A stretch of 64,000 nt of DNA, from positions 58,348,853-58,412,852 of the forward strand of contig NC_054742.1 in assembly GCF_018143015.1 (NCBI RefSeq), given 5' to 3'. Below are positions 22,498-35,830 of this stretch, piece after piece. Made by a program: the position numbers and the translations under genes. The DNA is from Lytechinus variegatus (taxonomy: Eukaryota). Position 1 is the stretch's first letter; every line of letters begins with the position of its first letter. Below the pieces are notes generated by a model. It made no database searches, was not told the DNA's origin, and worked only from the letters and a program-made list of their open reading frames with translations.

Positions 22498-23331
22498 AAG
22501 AGTGAATGCATATTAATCATAAATTCCATGTGCACAGAATTTGTGCCTAAGAGCACTGGAAACTAGAAAAAGGTCGATTACAGGAAATCCATGGTCATTC
22601 TGTATAGCAAGTGGGCATGGTAATGAAATATATTGTGGAAAAATGTGAATATGCCCACAGATGTGCAATGGTGCGAAAGAAATGCACAGATAATTAAACT
22701 ATATTTTGCACTGTACCATAATTGTTTTGTTTTTAATAAAATGTCAATTTTTATAGAAATTAAATTTGTATTATTGTATACATTCAAGAAAATCTTTAGT
22801 TAGCTTTGTTGCTTTCATAATGCTATGTGCTGTTGATATAAGAGAAGAGGCGTTGTTATTTGAAGGCTTAGCATTAAATATTTGGGATTGCATTATTTTC
22901 TTATGATCTATTGTTTGAAGACATGCATTGTTTGGGAGAGAGATGAATGACAGAAATATGCATTGAATGCTGGAAACGAGGAATACATGGTATTAACCCA
23001 TTGGAGACTTAATCATTTTTCTATAGCACATGTTTTCCATAGACTCCAGCCCTTGTATGTGTTGGCTCAGTCTTCTAAGGTTAAGGTTGGCCAATTGCCG
23101 AATGGTCTACAACCATTTTGCCTACCTTCCGTTTTGTCTCATGAATGATCTAATCCTAGTTCGTCTACAAACCATTTGATCTAACTTCTTTTTTCCCATT
23201 TATCACTTTGTCTAATTTCCAGTTGGGATACACCAATTTCATCCAATATCCACTTGGTCTGTTGGTCTGAAACCAATGAGTGTATAATGTTGGATTAACA
23301 GATTTCATTTGGCGAAGTTAAATAATAAGTC

Positions 23332-23486
23332 GGGTGTTTCATAAAGCTGTTCCTATATTAAGAGTGACAGGTGATCCTTTCTTATGGTAAATGATATTCG
23401 CCATTAATGTTCATCGCTTATTATTTAGCGTGTAAGAAAGATTCACCAGTCGTTCTTAGCTTCCGAACAGCTTTATGAAACGGCCC
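23332..23486. mobile_element. MITE of about 155 bp with TIR GGGTGTTTCATAAAGCTGTTCC / GGAACAGCTTTATGAAACGGCCC.
   Basis: Both ends were read directly. The GTTTCATAAAG end motif is shared with the MITE at 36001-36163 and with partial copies at about 59395-59470 and about 60826-60850. Confidence 0.5.
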
Positions 23487-26269
23487 CCAGGTATATTGTA
23501 GACCAATCAGCATTTACATCAAATGGTAGACCAATTGGATGTAGCCCATGTGGTATTGGACTAAATGAGAAGTAGACCAACTGCCTGTAGAATGTAGACC
23601 AAGTGAATAGAAACGTACATATGAAAGATGGATCGAGAAGTATGCATGTGGTGAGGAAATTAACTGAAAAAGAGTGATAAAAAGAAACATTGACACTAAG
23701 AGAAAGTGAGAGAAAGTGTATGAATAGATTTTTCCAGTGGGGATACAGATTGGTGGGGTGTCTTTCTAGTATCTTCAAGAATTTAAAGTGAACGATAATG
23801 TAACATCTACAGCGATGCACCTAATTTGAAGAATTTTAAAACTAAAGCAGTCATAGGCGGTGGAAGCAGGGGGGGGACAGGTCCCCCAAAAAAATTAAGG
23901 TGGGGGGATGGTCCTTCCCCTAAAATTTTAGTTGATAACCTTTTTTTTTCCTTCTTTTTTTTTGCTTGTCATCTTTTTTTTTTACATCATGTGTCCATTG
24001 CTCCCCCCCTGACCATGACCCTTATGAGCTATGCTATGAATTCCCTGCATGTAATGCAGAGATGCCAAGTTCAAAGACCAGCTATGCGTGAGATTTTCTA
24101 TGAATCTGAGTGAGATTACAGACATTGTGTACAATGTATATATCTGGATAGGCTGTGATAGTTACGTGAGACAGAAATTTGAGGGGATGAACAAGAGTCC
24201 AAAATGCTTGAGTCTCACGCATAATGCGTGAGACTTGGTAGCTCTGGTAATGTAGTCTCAGAGCAAGTTTGTCAGTGAACTGAAATCAGGCTGGATATTA
24301 ACTCCCCATATGAAAATGAACTCGGTGCATGGAAATGCACAAGCTGACCATTCTGAGGTGGTGGATTATTTAGAGGCCAAAACGTATGGAAAGGTGCTTT
24401 ATCGAACTACAGTATAAATGGATTTAATTGGATAAAGACTGCTAGCTTTAAAGAAATATATCTATATATATATGACAATTTACACGCTTTTTACGTACTG
24501 CTTGGTGAACGTCATTCTGCCGGGATTAAATTAGCCCTTTTGTCCTTCATTATGTGAAGCTATAAGGGTAGTTTCATAGTTCATATTGTCATTTTTCCGC
24601 ATTGGCTATTCAACTACAAATTGAATTTTCTGTTGAAAGCCACTTCAGAATGAAAGGTAATCACATTTGCAAAAGACCAAGTCCTAGCAAATAATATTCG
24701 CCTTATTCTCATCATCAGTGGCCGAAAGGGATTGTTTCATAAACTTGTCGAGGGAGCACCTCAGTTTGAAAACTTGGTATTCACTCAGATTTTTAATCTG
24801 TCAATACTAGGTGATCAGAACATCTTCATAAATGCGTCTACCTCTGTAAATCCATGAAACAATTTTCACCAGTCCCACCCATGCAATTCACAGTACGCTA
24901 TGATTTATGAAGGTTTTATTTTTAATCCCAATTTGCAGGAAAATTGAATAAACAATCCCATAATTTACTACCACCCCCCCCCCCCCCATCTCCATTAAAA
25001 AAAAGGATCCGAAAGATAAGAGGTAGAATCAAGTACATGTACTACTAAACCCCGGCTGTAAATGGACAGCATGCAGTACAGCAAAGTGCATGCTGTCAAG
25101 ATAGTATAGTACGTCGCGATATGCGATTGCACAAAATACGAGAAATGAAAGCTGGCGTGTGTTTTGCATTGTTGATGCATATGACGTCACGTATCAGGTT
25201 CACTGAAGCTAACCTTGGAATGCGATCGATAGAAAGAGAGGAGTGTCAGTAAGTATGTGTAATTTAGACTATAACGTTAGTTTGAAGCATGATAATCATT
25301 TGAATTTTATTTGATAAGATCCGTTGTGCATTTTCACAAATACAAACATCACGAAAAAAGCGGGATATGATGGGAATTATTTACTAATCAAGGGCCATTT
25401 TAGTATGCGAAGAGATTTGCTTACTTCGGTCCCAGACGCAGAGTTTGGAGTAGGATTAGGGTAGGCCTAGGATTCTTTTCTGCATGGCCTGCGTTATGGT
25501 GGGATTCCTCCAAAAGAGTCTGAGGCGGTACCGAATAGATCTAACTCTGGGGTTCTGAATCTGAATGGTTGGGTTAATAATTAGGTATAATTGTACTTGA
25601 TGCCCCCAGGGGACTTCAATGTTTTAACTTTGTGGTACTCCTTGATTTCGCGATGATTCTTCGTTTCCAAAATGTAAACATTTTCTTTTCTCTCGCTTAA
25701 AAAAAAAAAGAAAGTAGTTCCGGTTTGCGCTAGCACAAACAGGTGCATCTAAATGAGCGCGCATCCTTGCCTCCTCATCTATCCTCTTATTACTTGCACT
25801 TGATGCCCCCAAAATTGATGAAAGCGGTGATCCGGCAGATTCCTAGTCGTGTTAACAGAATAACCTTGATAGCTAGAGAATAAACTCTATTATTACTTGT
25901 ATGATGGGGTGTCCAAACTTCGCGCACTTTTCAAAAATATTTATCAGGCTTAATTTTGTCCACAAATTATTCATAATTTATACAAAACCAATTCAAGAAA
26001 TAGCTACCACATTGACGGCAAGATCATTAACTATAAAATCATGGACGAAAATGTAAGGTAGGTCACCGGGCTTCGCCGGTATTGTGATTGTGATTGTGAT
26101 TGTGAATGCGGGCTGTGCTGGAAAACCGTTCAGAAAAAGTGTGACCTAACTTCGCGCACCAAAGCTTTTGTGGAGATTTAAACAAAGACTCAAGCTCAAA
26201 AAGTGAAATATTTATATCAGATTGATGACAAAATGCTATGGAATTGGTTAGTACCACATTTAAAGGTAA

Positions 26270-26665
26270 ATGCTAGTTTTGGTAACGATATCAAAATGAG
26301 TTCGTACAGAATCCAATGAAATGACCACCAAAGTGTCTGTTTGTATAAATAAAACGCATGTGCCAAAGGATTCTGGGAAGAAATTGTGTAATTGCTGAGA
26401 AATCAGCAAATAAGCACAGGATTCGGGTAGGGCGTCGGGCCCGACGCCCTAAGCAATAATTATACATTGTCCCACGTGCGCTTATCTGTGTTGGGGATCT
26501 TCGGTGTGAACATTTTTCAGCGTAGATTTCAAGATTTCACAAAGTTCAGTTAATGTAACTGTAACAGATCTAGATCCTCGATGATATACTGACAATTAAG
26601 CCTTGTTTTACAGACTTTCTCATGAAATCAGTGTTTACTGCAACTACTGGAATTTCTCTTTAACT
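26270..26665 (-). repeat. Inverted copy of the 400-bp dispersed repeat, the partner of 22095-22497.
   Basis: It is the reverse complement of 22095-22497 at high identity over about 400 bp. Confidence 0.65.
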
Positions 26666-26930
26666 CACATTTTTTATGATTTCTGCTTGTAAAATGGTGA
26701 TATCGTGATGCTTGTTGCTTTCTTCAAAACGGGCGCTAACGGTGACAAATTTGCCGATCTTTTGCCAATATTTTCATGAATACTGGACTAATCCTAAAGA
26801 AACTTTCAGCGAAGGGTAATTTTAGGTCGCTTTTCACATTGATGATGTCAGATTTTAAGGATATTGGCAAGTTTTGGAGATAATGACCGTCCGCGAAGAT
26901 TGGACACGCGCGAAGTTTGGACTCAATGCC

Positions 26931-27790
26931 ATACTTGATGCCCCCAAATTTTCCGTCATAACATTGTCAAATCAAGTTAACCTTGTTGGCTAAATTAATC
27001 TTGATAGCTAGAGAATAAACTCTCTATTATTACTTGTACTTGATGCCCCCAAAAATTTCAACAAAATTAACCTTGTAACCAAATTTAACCTTGTTGGCAA
27101 AATTAACCTTGAAAGCTAATGTAACCTTGAGAGCTATAGCTCGTCTCTCCTATATTACTTGTACTTGATGCCCCCAAATTTTCCAGCCATTCAGCACGTT
27201 TATTCAGAAGTTTACATTCCACTAACCCCATTTTCCCCTCTTTCTATTTTCTAGCCGTGCAAGCCTTCATAACATCAAATCAAATTAACCTTGTTGGCTA
27301 AATTAACCTTGATAGCTAGAGAATAGTCTCTCTATTATTACTTGTACTTGATGCCCCCCAAAATTTCAACAAAATTAACCTTGTAACCAAAATTAACCAT
27401 GAAAGCTAATGTAACCTTGAAAGCTATAGCTCGTCTCTCCTATATAACTTGTACTTGATGCCCCCAAATTTTCCAGTTATTCAGCACGTTTATTCAGAAG
27501 TTTACATTCCACTAACCCCATTTTCCCCTCTTTCTATTCTCTAGCCGCGCAAGCCTTCATAACATCGTCGAATCAAATTAACCTTGTTGGCTAAATTAAC
27601 CTTGATAGCTAGAGAATAATCTCTCTATTATTACTTGTACTTGATGCCCCTAAAAGATTCAACAAAATTAACCTTGCAACCAAAATTAACCTTGTTGGCA
27701 AAATTAACCTTGAAAGCTTATTTAACCTTGAGGGCTATAGCTCGTCTCTCTTATATTACTTGCACTTGATGCCCCCAATTACTTTATTTT
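26931..27790. repeat. Satellite or tandem repeat of about 3 units of about 295 bp (the units carry ...tacttgtacttgatgcccccaaa... and aattaaccttgttggc.aaattaaccttga.agct... sub-repeats).
   Basis: The unit boundaries recur at about 26990, 27290 and 27585. Scattered acttgatgccccc fragments lie at 25600-25900 and 27880-27910. Confidence 0.6.
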
Positions 27791-28825
27791 TTGCGCGATC
27801 AACCGAATCACGCGCAGATGGATGTCAACTTGCCGATGGTAAACAAGGTCGGGTCGAGGATCCATGAATCAAGGTAAAACGTTGATGTCCCCTGGGGGCA
27901 TCAAGTACAATTATGCCAATAAATATTGTTGAGGAGAGCGGCAGCGCACTGTAGACAGTGGAATTACTTGGGAGCTCCGGCCCGCTTCGCAGGTCGGAGC
28001 CTACAATAGTATACATCATCATGTAGTCGACCAAAAGCTTCAATCTCGGTATGTTCCGCTGAACTACATTGGCTCCACTCACCAATACATAGACTGAAGA
28101 GCTTAAAGGCTCGTACGCACAGATGACGTATTGACGTTAGATCTAACATTCTGCGGAAACCCGATTTTCGGATTGTTTTTTTGTACTAAAGTCACATTTT
28201 TTAATATAAAAAAGAAATTACATCCAAATTTACGAAAAAATATATAAAATTCAGAAATATCGTACCATAGACATTATTTGCAGTTGACCCCGAGAACATA
28301 TTGACAACATTGAATAGGTACATTTCCAAATTCACATTCAAAGTATAGGCCCCTAACTCCATTTTCCCAACTTTTAACTGTAGATTTTGTTCAATGCATC
28401 TATTACATTAGGGCAGTTTCAAGGTAATAGAGTGACATTCAAAAGCAAATTTTTGTATACAAACAAAGATATCACCCATATTTTAATAGTTTTTTGCGAA
28501 GAAATGGTACCTGATGGAAGTTGCTGAAACCCACTTTTCAAAATAATAACATTTGTTATTTTGATCCACTGAATAAATGAGATATGAATATTCATAAACA
28601 TGGTTACAGAGTGACGCAAAATGGACATGCATATATGAGGAGAAAACATATTGCTCAAACTCTATGAACTTTAAATTGCTATCACAAATTTGATTTATTG
28701 TTTGGATTCTATGTTCTAGCTTTATGTTGCATTACATTGAAATATTAGTGTATTTCATTATTTACAACTTCAAAAGTAAACCCATACCTGGTTACGGAGT
28801 GACGGTGTCATGTACAGTATACAAT

Positions 28826-29315
28826 CCCGGGGGGGCACTCGACCAAAAAAGAAGTAGGGATGTGCCGTGGGGGAGATAAAAAAAAACGGGGCCTTGGAGC
28901 GGGCTTGTTGTAAAAAGGAGGGTCCTTGGAACGGGTTGCCTGCGTGTGATTGCCTATGCATCCCTATGGAACGTGCATGCAGCTAGCTCGGCGGCACGGG
29001 GCCGGATGCGCTAGGGCAGAGGCAATGGTCGGACAGTGCTCTGCGGCCGCTTTTCACCAAAAATGCGGCTTATGTAGCAGATCAATGCGGACAGAACAGC
29101 CAACGGTGTAACGGAAAATATGCATAGCTTTGGAGCGGATTTCTTTTGTCTCGACAAAAAGAAAATGCTATTCTTTCGAGCGGCTTTCTTTGTTCTTTTG
29201 CTTAATAAGACAAAAATGCTACGCCTTGGAACGGAAATTTGAGTGTGAAAATGGGGGTCCCCTCCGCGGCACATACCCACTATGCACTATATAATGAGTG
29301 CCCCCTCCCCTCGGG
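28826..29315. mobile_element. TIR-bounded element of about 490 bp. Its ends are CCCGGGGGGGCACTC and GAGTGCCCCCTCCCCTCGGG. It has internal tandem units of about 55 bp (aaaatgctaYYCtttGGAGCGGnTTTCTTTG).
   Basis: The inverted ends and the internal repeats were read directly. No clear TSD is visible (the flanks are gtatacaat and tatgtaaat). Confidence 0.4.
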
Positions 29316-30363
29316 TATGTAAATTCTTGTATGGTAATTCTTGTATGGTTTGGATTCTCCTATGAGGAGATGCGTAAGAAAGCAAATTTGTGGCTAGTTA
29401 TGTTCCCCTTTTGTATTCATGAAATTCCATAATCATATGAGTTTTGATAGAAAAATTTTTATCCAGATTTGAAATACCGCCAATATAATTTTTTTGGAAA
29501 ATTTCCACTTTTGCTTGGAATTGCCCATTAGAACCCTACATACACTTTTAACTATGACGTGAGTGCTGTGTATAGTATTACGAAAAATTGAGAGAAAATG
29601 ACACTAATGGCAATGATGACAAAGCAGGCAGTATCTCAGCTTAAATTAATAATTTTCCTGGTATTGCAATTTGCTCCATAATTTTTGAAGACTCCTACAG
29701 AGAATGTCTTGTTGTGTGGCAGCTTTTTTCCATAGGATTTTACAGAAAGTAATTAAGATCTTTTATCTTATGACAAAAAATGATAAGCAATTTTTACAAG
29801 CAAAATTCTTCCTTGGGCCCATATTCATGTTGAAGTTCACAATATCATTTTTAAAAATATGTTTATTCATTTAAGTTATTAAATAGGTTAAGGGCATATA
29901 TATGCTAAAGTTGTAGACATGTAATTTAAAAAATATCAAAGGAGAGATGAAATATGTACATGAATGTCTTTCTGTCAACCTAAAAACTCTAAAACAAAAA
30001 AATTGAAAGAAATCCTTTTGATATACGTTATAATTGATGGTTTTGTGTAATTTCTATCGTGCCGATAATAATAGAACACATAAGTGTATGAATGAAATTA
30101 AGATGGTATTTCCGGTCACTTTATATTTCACTTTTTTGAAGCACTTAATGATTTTCAGACGCGATTTTTTTTCTGGGCTTCATTTTTGTAACATATCACA
30201 GGTGCAGGTGACAAGTGGGACCTCGCAGCTCAGCTTTTTTAAAAGTCAAATCAATATTAGCAAATACCTTTAAAAGATAATGTAATTGTAATTTAATCAT
30301 GCCTCTGCTTTTTTTTCCTCCCTAGCAAATCAAAATACTACCAAGCTTGCAAAAGCTTGTACA

Positions 30364-30505
30364 ATGGGAGGTGAAGAAGAAAGATCCAGTAGTGATCTGA
30401 CAGTTGGATTGTTGCTTGCCATCAGCTCAACGGTATTTATTGGATCAAGTGGGATAGTCAAGAAGAAGGCTCTTATTAAGATTCATGCATATGCAACAAG
30501 AGCAG
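30364..30505 (+). CDS. NIPA-family Mg2+ transporter (NIPA2-like), coding exon 1. ATG at 30364.
   Basis: Reads MGGEEERSSSDLTVGLLLAISSTVFIGSSGIVKKKALIKIHAYATRA. This matches NIPA TM1 (GL.LA..SS.FIG.SFI.KKKGL). Donor CAG|GTATGT. An upstream acceptor-like site (ctccctag at about 30322) suggests a further 5' non-coding exon. Confidence 0.8.
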
Positions 30506-31255
30506 GTATGTTTTGGTGGACTTGCAGTTTAATGTAATTGAGATCATATTTTGGCCAGTAGAGATAAGACTTTACATGTATAAGGATAATGGTAACATAT
30601 CAGTTATGTTTTTAAATGATTATCGTATATCCTTTTAAAAATTGTAATTTGTTCAGTTTTATCAATTTTTACCATCCTTGACCATGTGACAGTTTAGGAT
30701 TTGGTTGGCTTAAACTTTTAGTTTGGTTACATCAGAAGTTATGATGGATACTTGTTAAATATTTGCAGATTATACATGTACATATAAATAAGGATTTTGT
30801 TCACAATGTTAGATAATTTGATTCAATGAATTTATCAGTTGACCAAACCAATAAGATGAACTGTAATTCTCAAGTTCTAAGGAACTTAGGTGCTGACTTC
30901 AGTGCAATTGCATGATGTTTTTAGGAGATTACCTATAAGATTCTTTGCTCAAAATATTCAACATTGCTTTCAGTATTTTTTTTAATCATTCTCTTGTCTG
31001 TTCAAACTTTTTGAAGCCCTTGCATATTTTGGAAATTGGATGTGTAAAGGTGACTTCTGCAGAATTAACCGGTCAATGCCTATAATGATTTGCACATGAG
31101 GATGTAATTAGATTATACACATTGTTTTAAAGGATTATTTATTCATATCATGATTTTGGGTATTAGGTATTGCATGGTATTTTTTTCAGTATGTAGTGTA
31201 TGAAAGTCCCTTTTTTTGTAAAGTTCAGAGCATAACTTGTAATTTTATCTTGCAG

Positions 31256-31312
31256 GTGATGGTGGCCATGCATATCTGAAGGAATGGCTCTGGTGGGCAG
31301 GCTTTGGACTGC
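31256..31312 (+). CDS. NIPA-like coding exon 2.
   Basis: Reads GDGGHAYLKEWLWWAGFGL, the hallmark NIPA motif (GGHAYLKEWLWWAG). Acceptor tcttgcag|, donor GC|GTAAGT. Phases are 1 in and 1 out. Confidence 0.9.
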
Positions 31313-31711
31313 GTAAGTATGATTATTATTTCAAAAAAATCATAAGTTTGTGTTTATTTGTGAATCATAGGGGGCAAGGTGGAGTGGATAGAATTCCTAA
31401 GCTGGAATTCACCTTAATGCCATGGTCACACCAGTAAAATTGACTTCAGACCAGGGAAAAATTAACTTGGGGATCTGGGCGATTTCATCCGCAAGAGGCT
31501 CAAAAGAGCTCCCGAAAAATTCCTATTCACGGCATTGGAGGACATGGCCTTGGATAGCCTTAGATTAATTTGAACTCTGTACTACATACGTCTATAAATA
31601 AGAATCTTGTTAATCTTTGTAGAAGAAATTTCTTATTGTGTTACCAAGCATCTGAAATTCTGAATGCTCAATTAATGATGTATCAAAATTTGATAAGGGT
31701 TATAGTTAAAG

Positions 31712-32110
31712 ATAAATTACAGTAGTTGCAGTAAAACTCTGATTTCGTGAGAAAGTCTGTAATACCAAGGTTAAGTAATACTATATCATCGTCGATCTAG
31801 TTCTGGTACAGTTACATAAACTGCACTTTGTGAAATCATAAAATCTAAACTGAAAAACAATCACACTGAAGATCGCCAACACAGATAGGCACACATGGGA
31901 CAGTGTATATTATATTGCTGGAATAAAGACCCAATGGAAGTGCCCAAATCCACACTTATGCTTATTTCTCAGCAATTACACAACTTCTTCCAGAATCCTT
32001 CGGCAAATATTTTTTATTCATATAAACAGACACTTGGGTAGTCATTATATTGGATTCTGTAAAAAGTCATTTTGAGATCGTTACCACAACTGGCATCTAT
32101 CTTTAATTCA
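31712..32110 (+). repeat. Diverged third copy of the 400-bp dispersed repeat, in NIPA intron 2.
   Basis: Reads ...cagtagttgcagtaaaactctgatttcgtgagaaagtctgtaa...cttatttctcagcaattacacaacttcttccagaatcctt...ggattctgtaaaaagtcattttgagatcgttacc... Confidence 0.55.
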
Positions 32111-32739
32111 GTCCCATGTTGTAGAACATACAGAAATAAAATGCACATAATATCTACTTTCTACCATGCTGATAAAGCATAACACTGCATACAAGGTTGA
32201 TGAGCATATATTTTCACTTATGCACAGTTTTGTTTAATTGCATTTACTTTGAGTTGCATGATTTTCCACTATATATTTCTTAATTCTTTCTTGGGGGGTG
32301 GATCATGGGATGGGCTTAATAATTGTGCTTTCTGTAAAATTACGTTTATTCAGATGGTGCATGTATGTATGTATTGTTTTTTGCTTCACAGAAAACTGGG
32401 GCTTTTATAATAGACATTTGAAATATGTCTAGGTATTTTTGTACAAAAAGTTTTTTGTCTCTCGCTCTTTGATTTTGTACCACTGATGTCGTCTACTTCA
32501 CTCAAAACATTGCAAAATTTTGTCATTGACTCATGTTTACTGAGTTGTGCATGAATATGACCTTAACAAAGCAAAGGTGTGAAAGTACTGACTATATCTC
32601 TCATAATTATTTTCAACATACCAGTATACAAACCAAAAGTAAAATTGTCAGTGTATTCGTTTCCTGGTTGGGAGATCAAGTTCCTCTCCTCTCCCTCTTT
32701 TCCTATATCAGACGTACATACTCTCTACTTTCCATTTCC

Positions 32740-33360
32740 ATTCGTTGAATGTGTAATGCAAGGGATTTCAATATCTTTCTAATTCATTTTCATTTGTTGA
32801 ATGTGTAAATGTAATGCAAGAGATTCACATAGATGTATATTTCTTAATTCATTGTCATTAATATTGAATATGAAATGCAAGAGATTCCAATATATTTCTT
32901 GATTCATTTTAATTTGTTGATTGTGAAATTCAATAGGTTCCAGTATTTTACTAAATTCATTTTTATTTGGTATATAAACAATTAAAGAAATAACAATATC
33001 TTTCTCATTTCCTTTCCATTTGTTGAATGTGTAATGTTAGAAATTCCAATATATTTCTAAATTAATTTTCATTTATTGAGTTTACAATGCAAGAAAAAAT
33101 GAATAAGTTTCCATTTGTTGAATGTGCAATGAGAAAGATTCAGATATCTTCTAACTTCATTTTGATTTGTTGATTCTCCGATTCAAGAATTAAAAAATAT
33201 TTTATTCTAAATTAATTTTCATTTGTTGAATGTTCAATGCAAGAGATTCCAATATCTTCAAAAATCCATTTCCAATTTGTTGAATACATGTGCAATGCCG
33301 TACCAGTATCATTCTAAATTCTGATCATTTTCATTTGTTGAATCGTTCTCAATCTCTATT
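32740..33360. repeat. Minisatellite of about 10-11 units of about 60 bp (consensus ttcatttgttgaatgtgtaatgcaagagattccaatatatttctaaattcatttt). It directly abuts the acceptor of NIPA exon 3.
   Basis: The array runs to within 5 nt of the acceptor at 33365. Confidence 0.7.
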
Positions 33361-33365
33361 TGCAG

Positions 33366-33456
33366 TGGCTACTGGGGAGTTCCTCAACTTCATTGCCTAT
33401 GCCTTTGCCCCAGCTCTCCTCGTCACCCCGCTTGGTGCTCTTAGTGTTTTAGTTAC
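33366..33456 (+). CDS. NIPA-like coding exon 3.
   Basis: Reads LATGEFLNFIAYAFAPALLVTPLGALSVLVT (NIPA TM2-TM3: GE.ANF.AYAFAPA.LVTPLGALSV). Acceptor atttgcag|, donor AC|GTAAGT. Confidence 0.9.
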
Positions 33457-34551
33457 GTAAGTTGGATATATCTACATTATATCTATATGGATTTGAACTT
33501 AGCCATGTATACATGTCAGACCACATAATTTTTTAGGGGTATGCAGACCATGTAAAAAAAATTAATCTGATGGTAAATTGTATAATGTTTGTTTTTTTCA
33601 ATTTTCACAATTATTGGAAAAACTGCCTCCCCCTCCACTAATTACCTTGACATTTGTATTTACAATGTACATGTACAATCATGTGCCAGTGACTGTGATG
33701 TGTTTGTTTTGTCCAGCTGTAGAGGCAAATGTGTATGTAGTACAATGCAGTAAATAAAGATTGAGTGTGTTGACTATCAAAATATTTGTGCTTTGAGATA
33801 GGTCATTCGAAATGGATTCCATTTGACCTAGAAGATGCTTTATTTTTTTGTCCTTTGGTCTTTGAATTGATTGGAGTCTTTATTCACTTTTGTGTATTTT
33901 CTATTATACTATTGAATGTAGATTTCAGGGTCATATACATGTACTTCTACGGGTGATATTTTTTTTACGTGGTTCGCTGTACATGCAGTTAAGCTCATTA
34001 TAAACTATATACATAGTCTGTATTAGTCAAATACTATTAATATCTCACAATAAATAATCATGTATTACAATGTTGGATATAATATTGTTCCATTTGACAT
34101 TATTCTATCGTTGAATCCCTTTTTGTCAGGGTGGTGCTACAGGGTGGCAGGGTCGAATGCCCTCCCCCCCCCCCCCCCTCCCAAGCTTTTTCAAGTCGTG
34201 AACAAGAAGAAAAGAAAATAAAGAAGTTCTTGCCCATGTAATGTTAACCATGTAATTCAATTGAGAGAAAAAATGATGTCACCTTTAAGGCAGTCTTGCC
34301 CCGCTATACCCTGCGCCAATTAGTCTGCCGTGCAAACTCTTCACTCTAGTAAAGTGGTCTGAATGCCCAGCCTACAATGGCTTGTGTACCGAAGGCCCTC
34401 GAAATTGAAACAGCAAGGTTTATATGCTAGTCTCGTGCAAAGACCCACTTTTTTATCAAAGTTTCAATCAGGGTCTGTGCCTGCAGACTAGGGGCCACCC
34501 CTGCTTATTGTGATATTTCCTCTATATTTCTTAACATTTTCTATGCTCCTT

Positions 34552-34712
34552 TGTACTCCTAGGGCTGTATTATCCCATTACTTCTTGAAAGAAAATCTTA
34601 ACTTACTTGGTAAAGTCGGCTGTATGCAGTGTATATTTGGGTCAACCATCATGGTTTTACACGCACCGGCAGAAAAAGGGGCCAACACATTGGCTGAACT
34701 GTCCATACTTTT
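34552..34712 (+). CDS. NIPA-like coding exon 4.
   Basis: Reads TAVLSHYFLKENLNLLGKVGCMQCIFGSTIMVLHAPAEKGANTLAELSILLQES (NIPA: ...YFL.E.LNL.GK.GC...I.GST.MV.HAP.E). Acceptor ctcctag|, donor CAG|GTCAGT. Confidence 0.9.
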
Positions 34713-35111
34713 ACAAGAGTCAGGTCAGTATATTCTTTCTATGCATGCTCCCAAGTGCCATTTACCTGACGAGACAGCGAGAAATTTTATCTTGCCATGT
34801 CGACTTGATTGCCGTTATATGATTCTTGGCTATCTTTTTAATTTGACTTAAAAATGTTTGTCATCATGGAGAAATATGTAATAAATAATGATAATGTAAC
34901 TTGTCATGACAACATACATGTATAACTTTTTATACATTTACTTAGCAAGATAAACTATCTTGCTATTTGTACATAAGCCGACTTGGCAAGATTACATATT
35001 TCACCATGCATTTATATTTAGGATATTAAGTAAACATATCAAGGTAAAATGATGTATTGTGAGATGTCAAGAAGATAGGTACTTAAATCCTCCATACCTT
35101 TCATCCTCATT

Positions 35112-35830
35112 CAGAGGCGTCGATCCTGGGGGACAGGGGGGCAATCGCCCCACCAATGAAATATTTGGGGGGGGGCAAACATATCGTTTTGCCCACCCCA
35201 TAATTCTGCATATGCAAAAAATAAAATAAGATTGTAATGTTACACAGAAATCAGCAAGCGAGATTGAGATACACAACTTGCTCCTTATCTAAAATCATGC
35301 TAAAAAGTCCGCTTTTTACATTGGAATACAAAAAAAATTTCAGCTCTCGCTTCCCGCTCGCATCATTTTATGTAGCAAAACCCATACTTTTCTTGATTAA
35401 ATAGGTGAAAATAATGTCCCGTTTTCAGTTCTAAACCTTGAAAGAATCTCACTTCGATGTGCAATAATCTTTGTTGAATATATATCTTGTTGTTTATTGA
35501 AAACGTCCATTAAACTCAATTTTTTTCAGATCGAAATATCAAATTTTTTTTAATTTTTAGATACCCATCTTAAAAATGGTACCAAAAATGCTTAGAACAT
35601 CAAGCTTTCAGGTCTGATTAAAAAGAAATTTCAGCTCGCACTTCGCGCTCGCATTAATTTGTTGGTGAGATATGTGTCTCTATCTCATGAATCATATACT
35701 GTATACATGTATATATATATATGTGTGTGTGTGGGGGGGGGTGTATGTGTGAGTTTGTGTGATCGAGCGCCTTTGGAAAGTTGATTCATGATTTTGCCCC
35801 CCCAATTTGAAAAATCGATCGACGCCCCTG
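35112..35830. mobile_element. hAT-like MITE of 719 bp. It has 14-bp TIRs, CAGAGGCGTCGATC and GATCGACGCCCCTG, and a perfect 8-bp target-site duplication TCCTCATT at 35104-35111 and 35831-35838.
   Basis: The TIRs and the flanking direct repeat were read directly. An 8-bp TSD is diagnostic of the hAT superfamily. There is no coding capacity. Internal direct repeats (aaatttcagctc.cgcttc.cgctcgcat) sit at about 35335 and 35622. It lies in NIPA intron 4. Confidence 0.65.
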
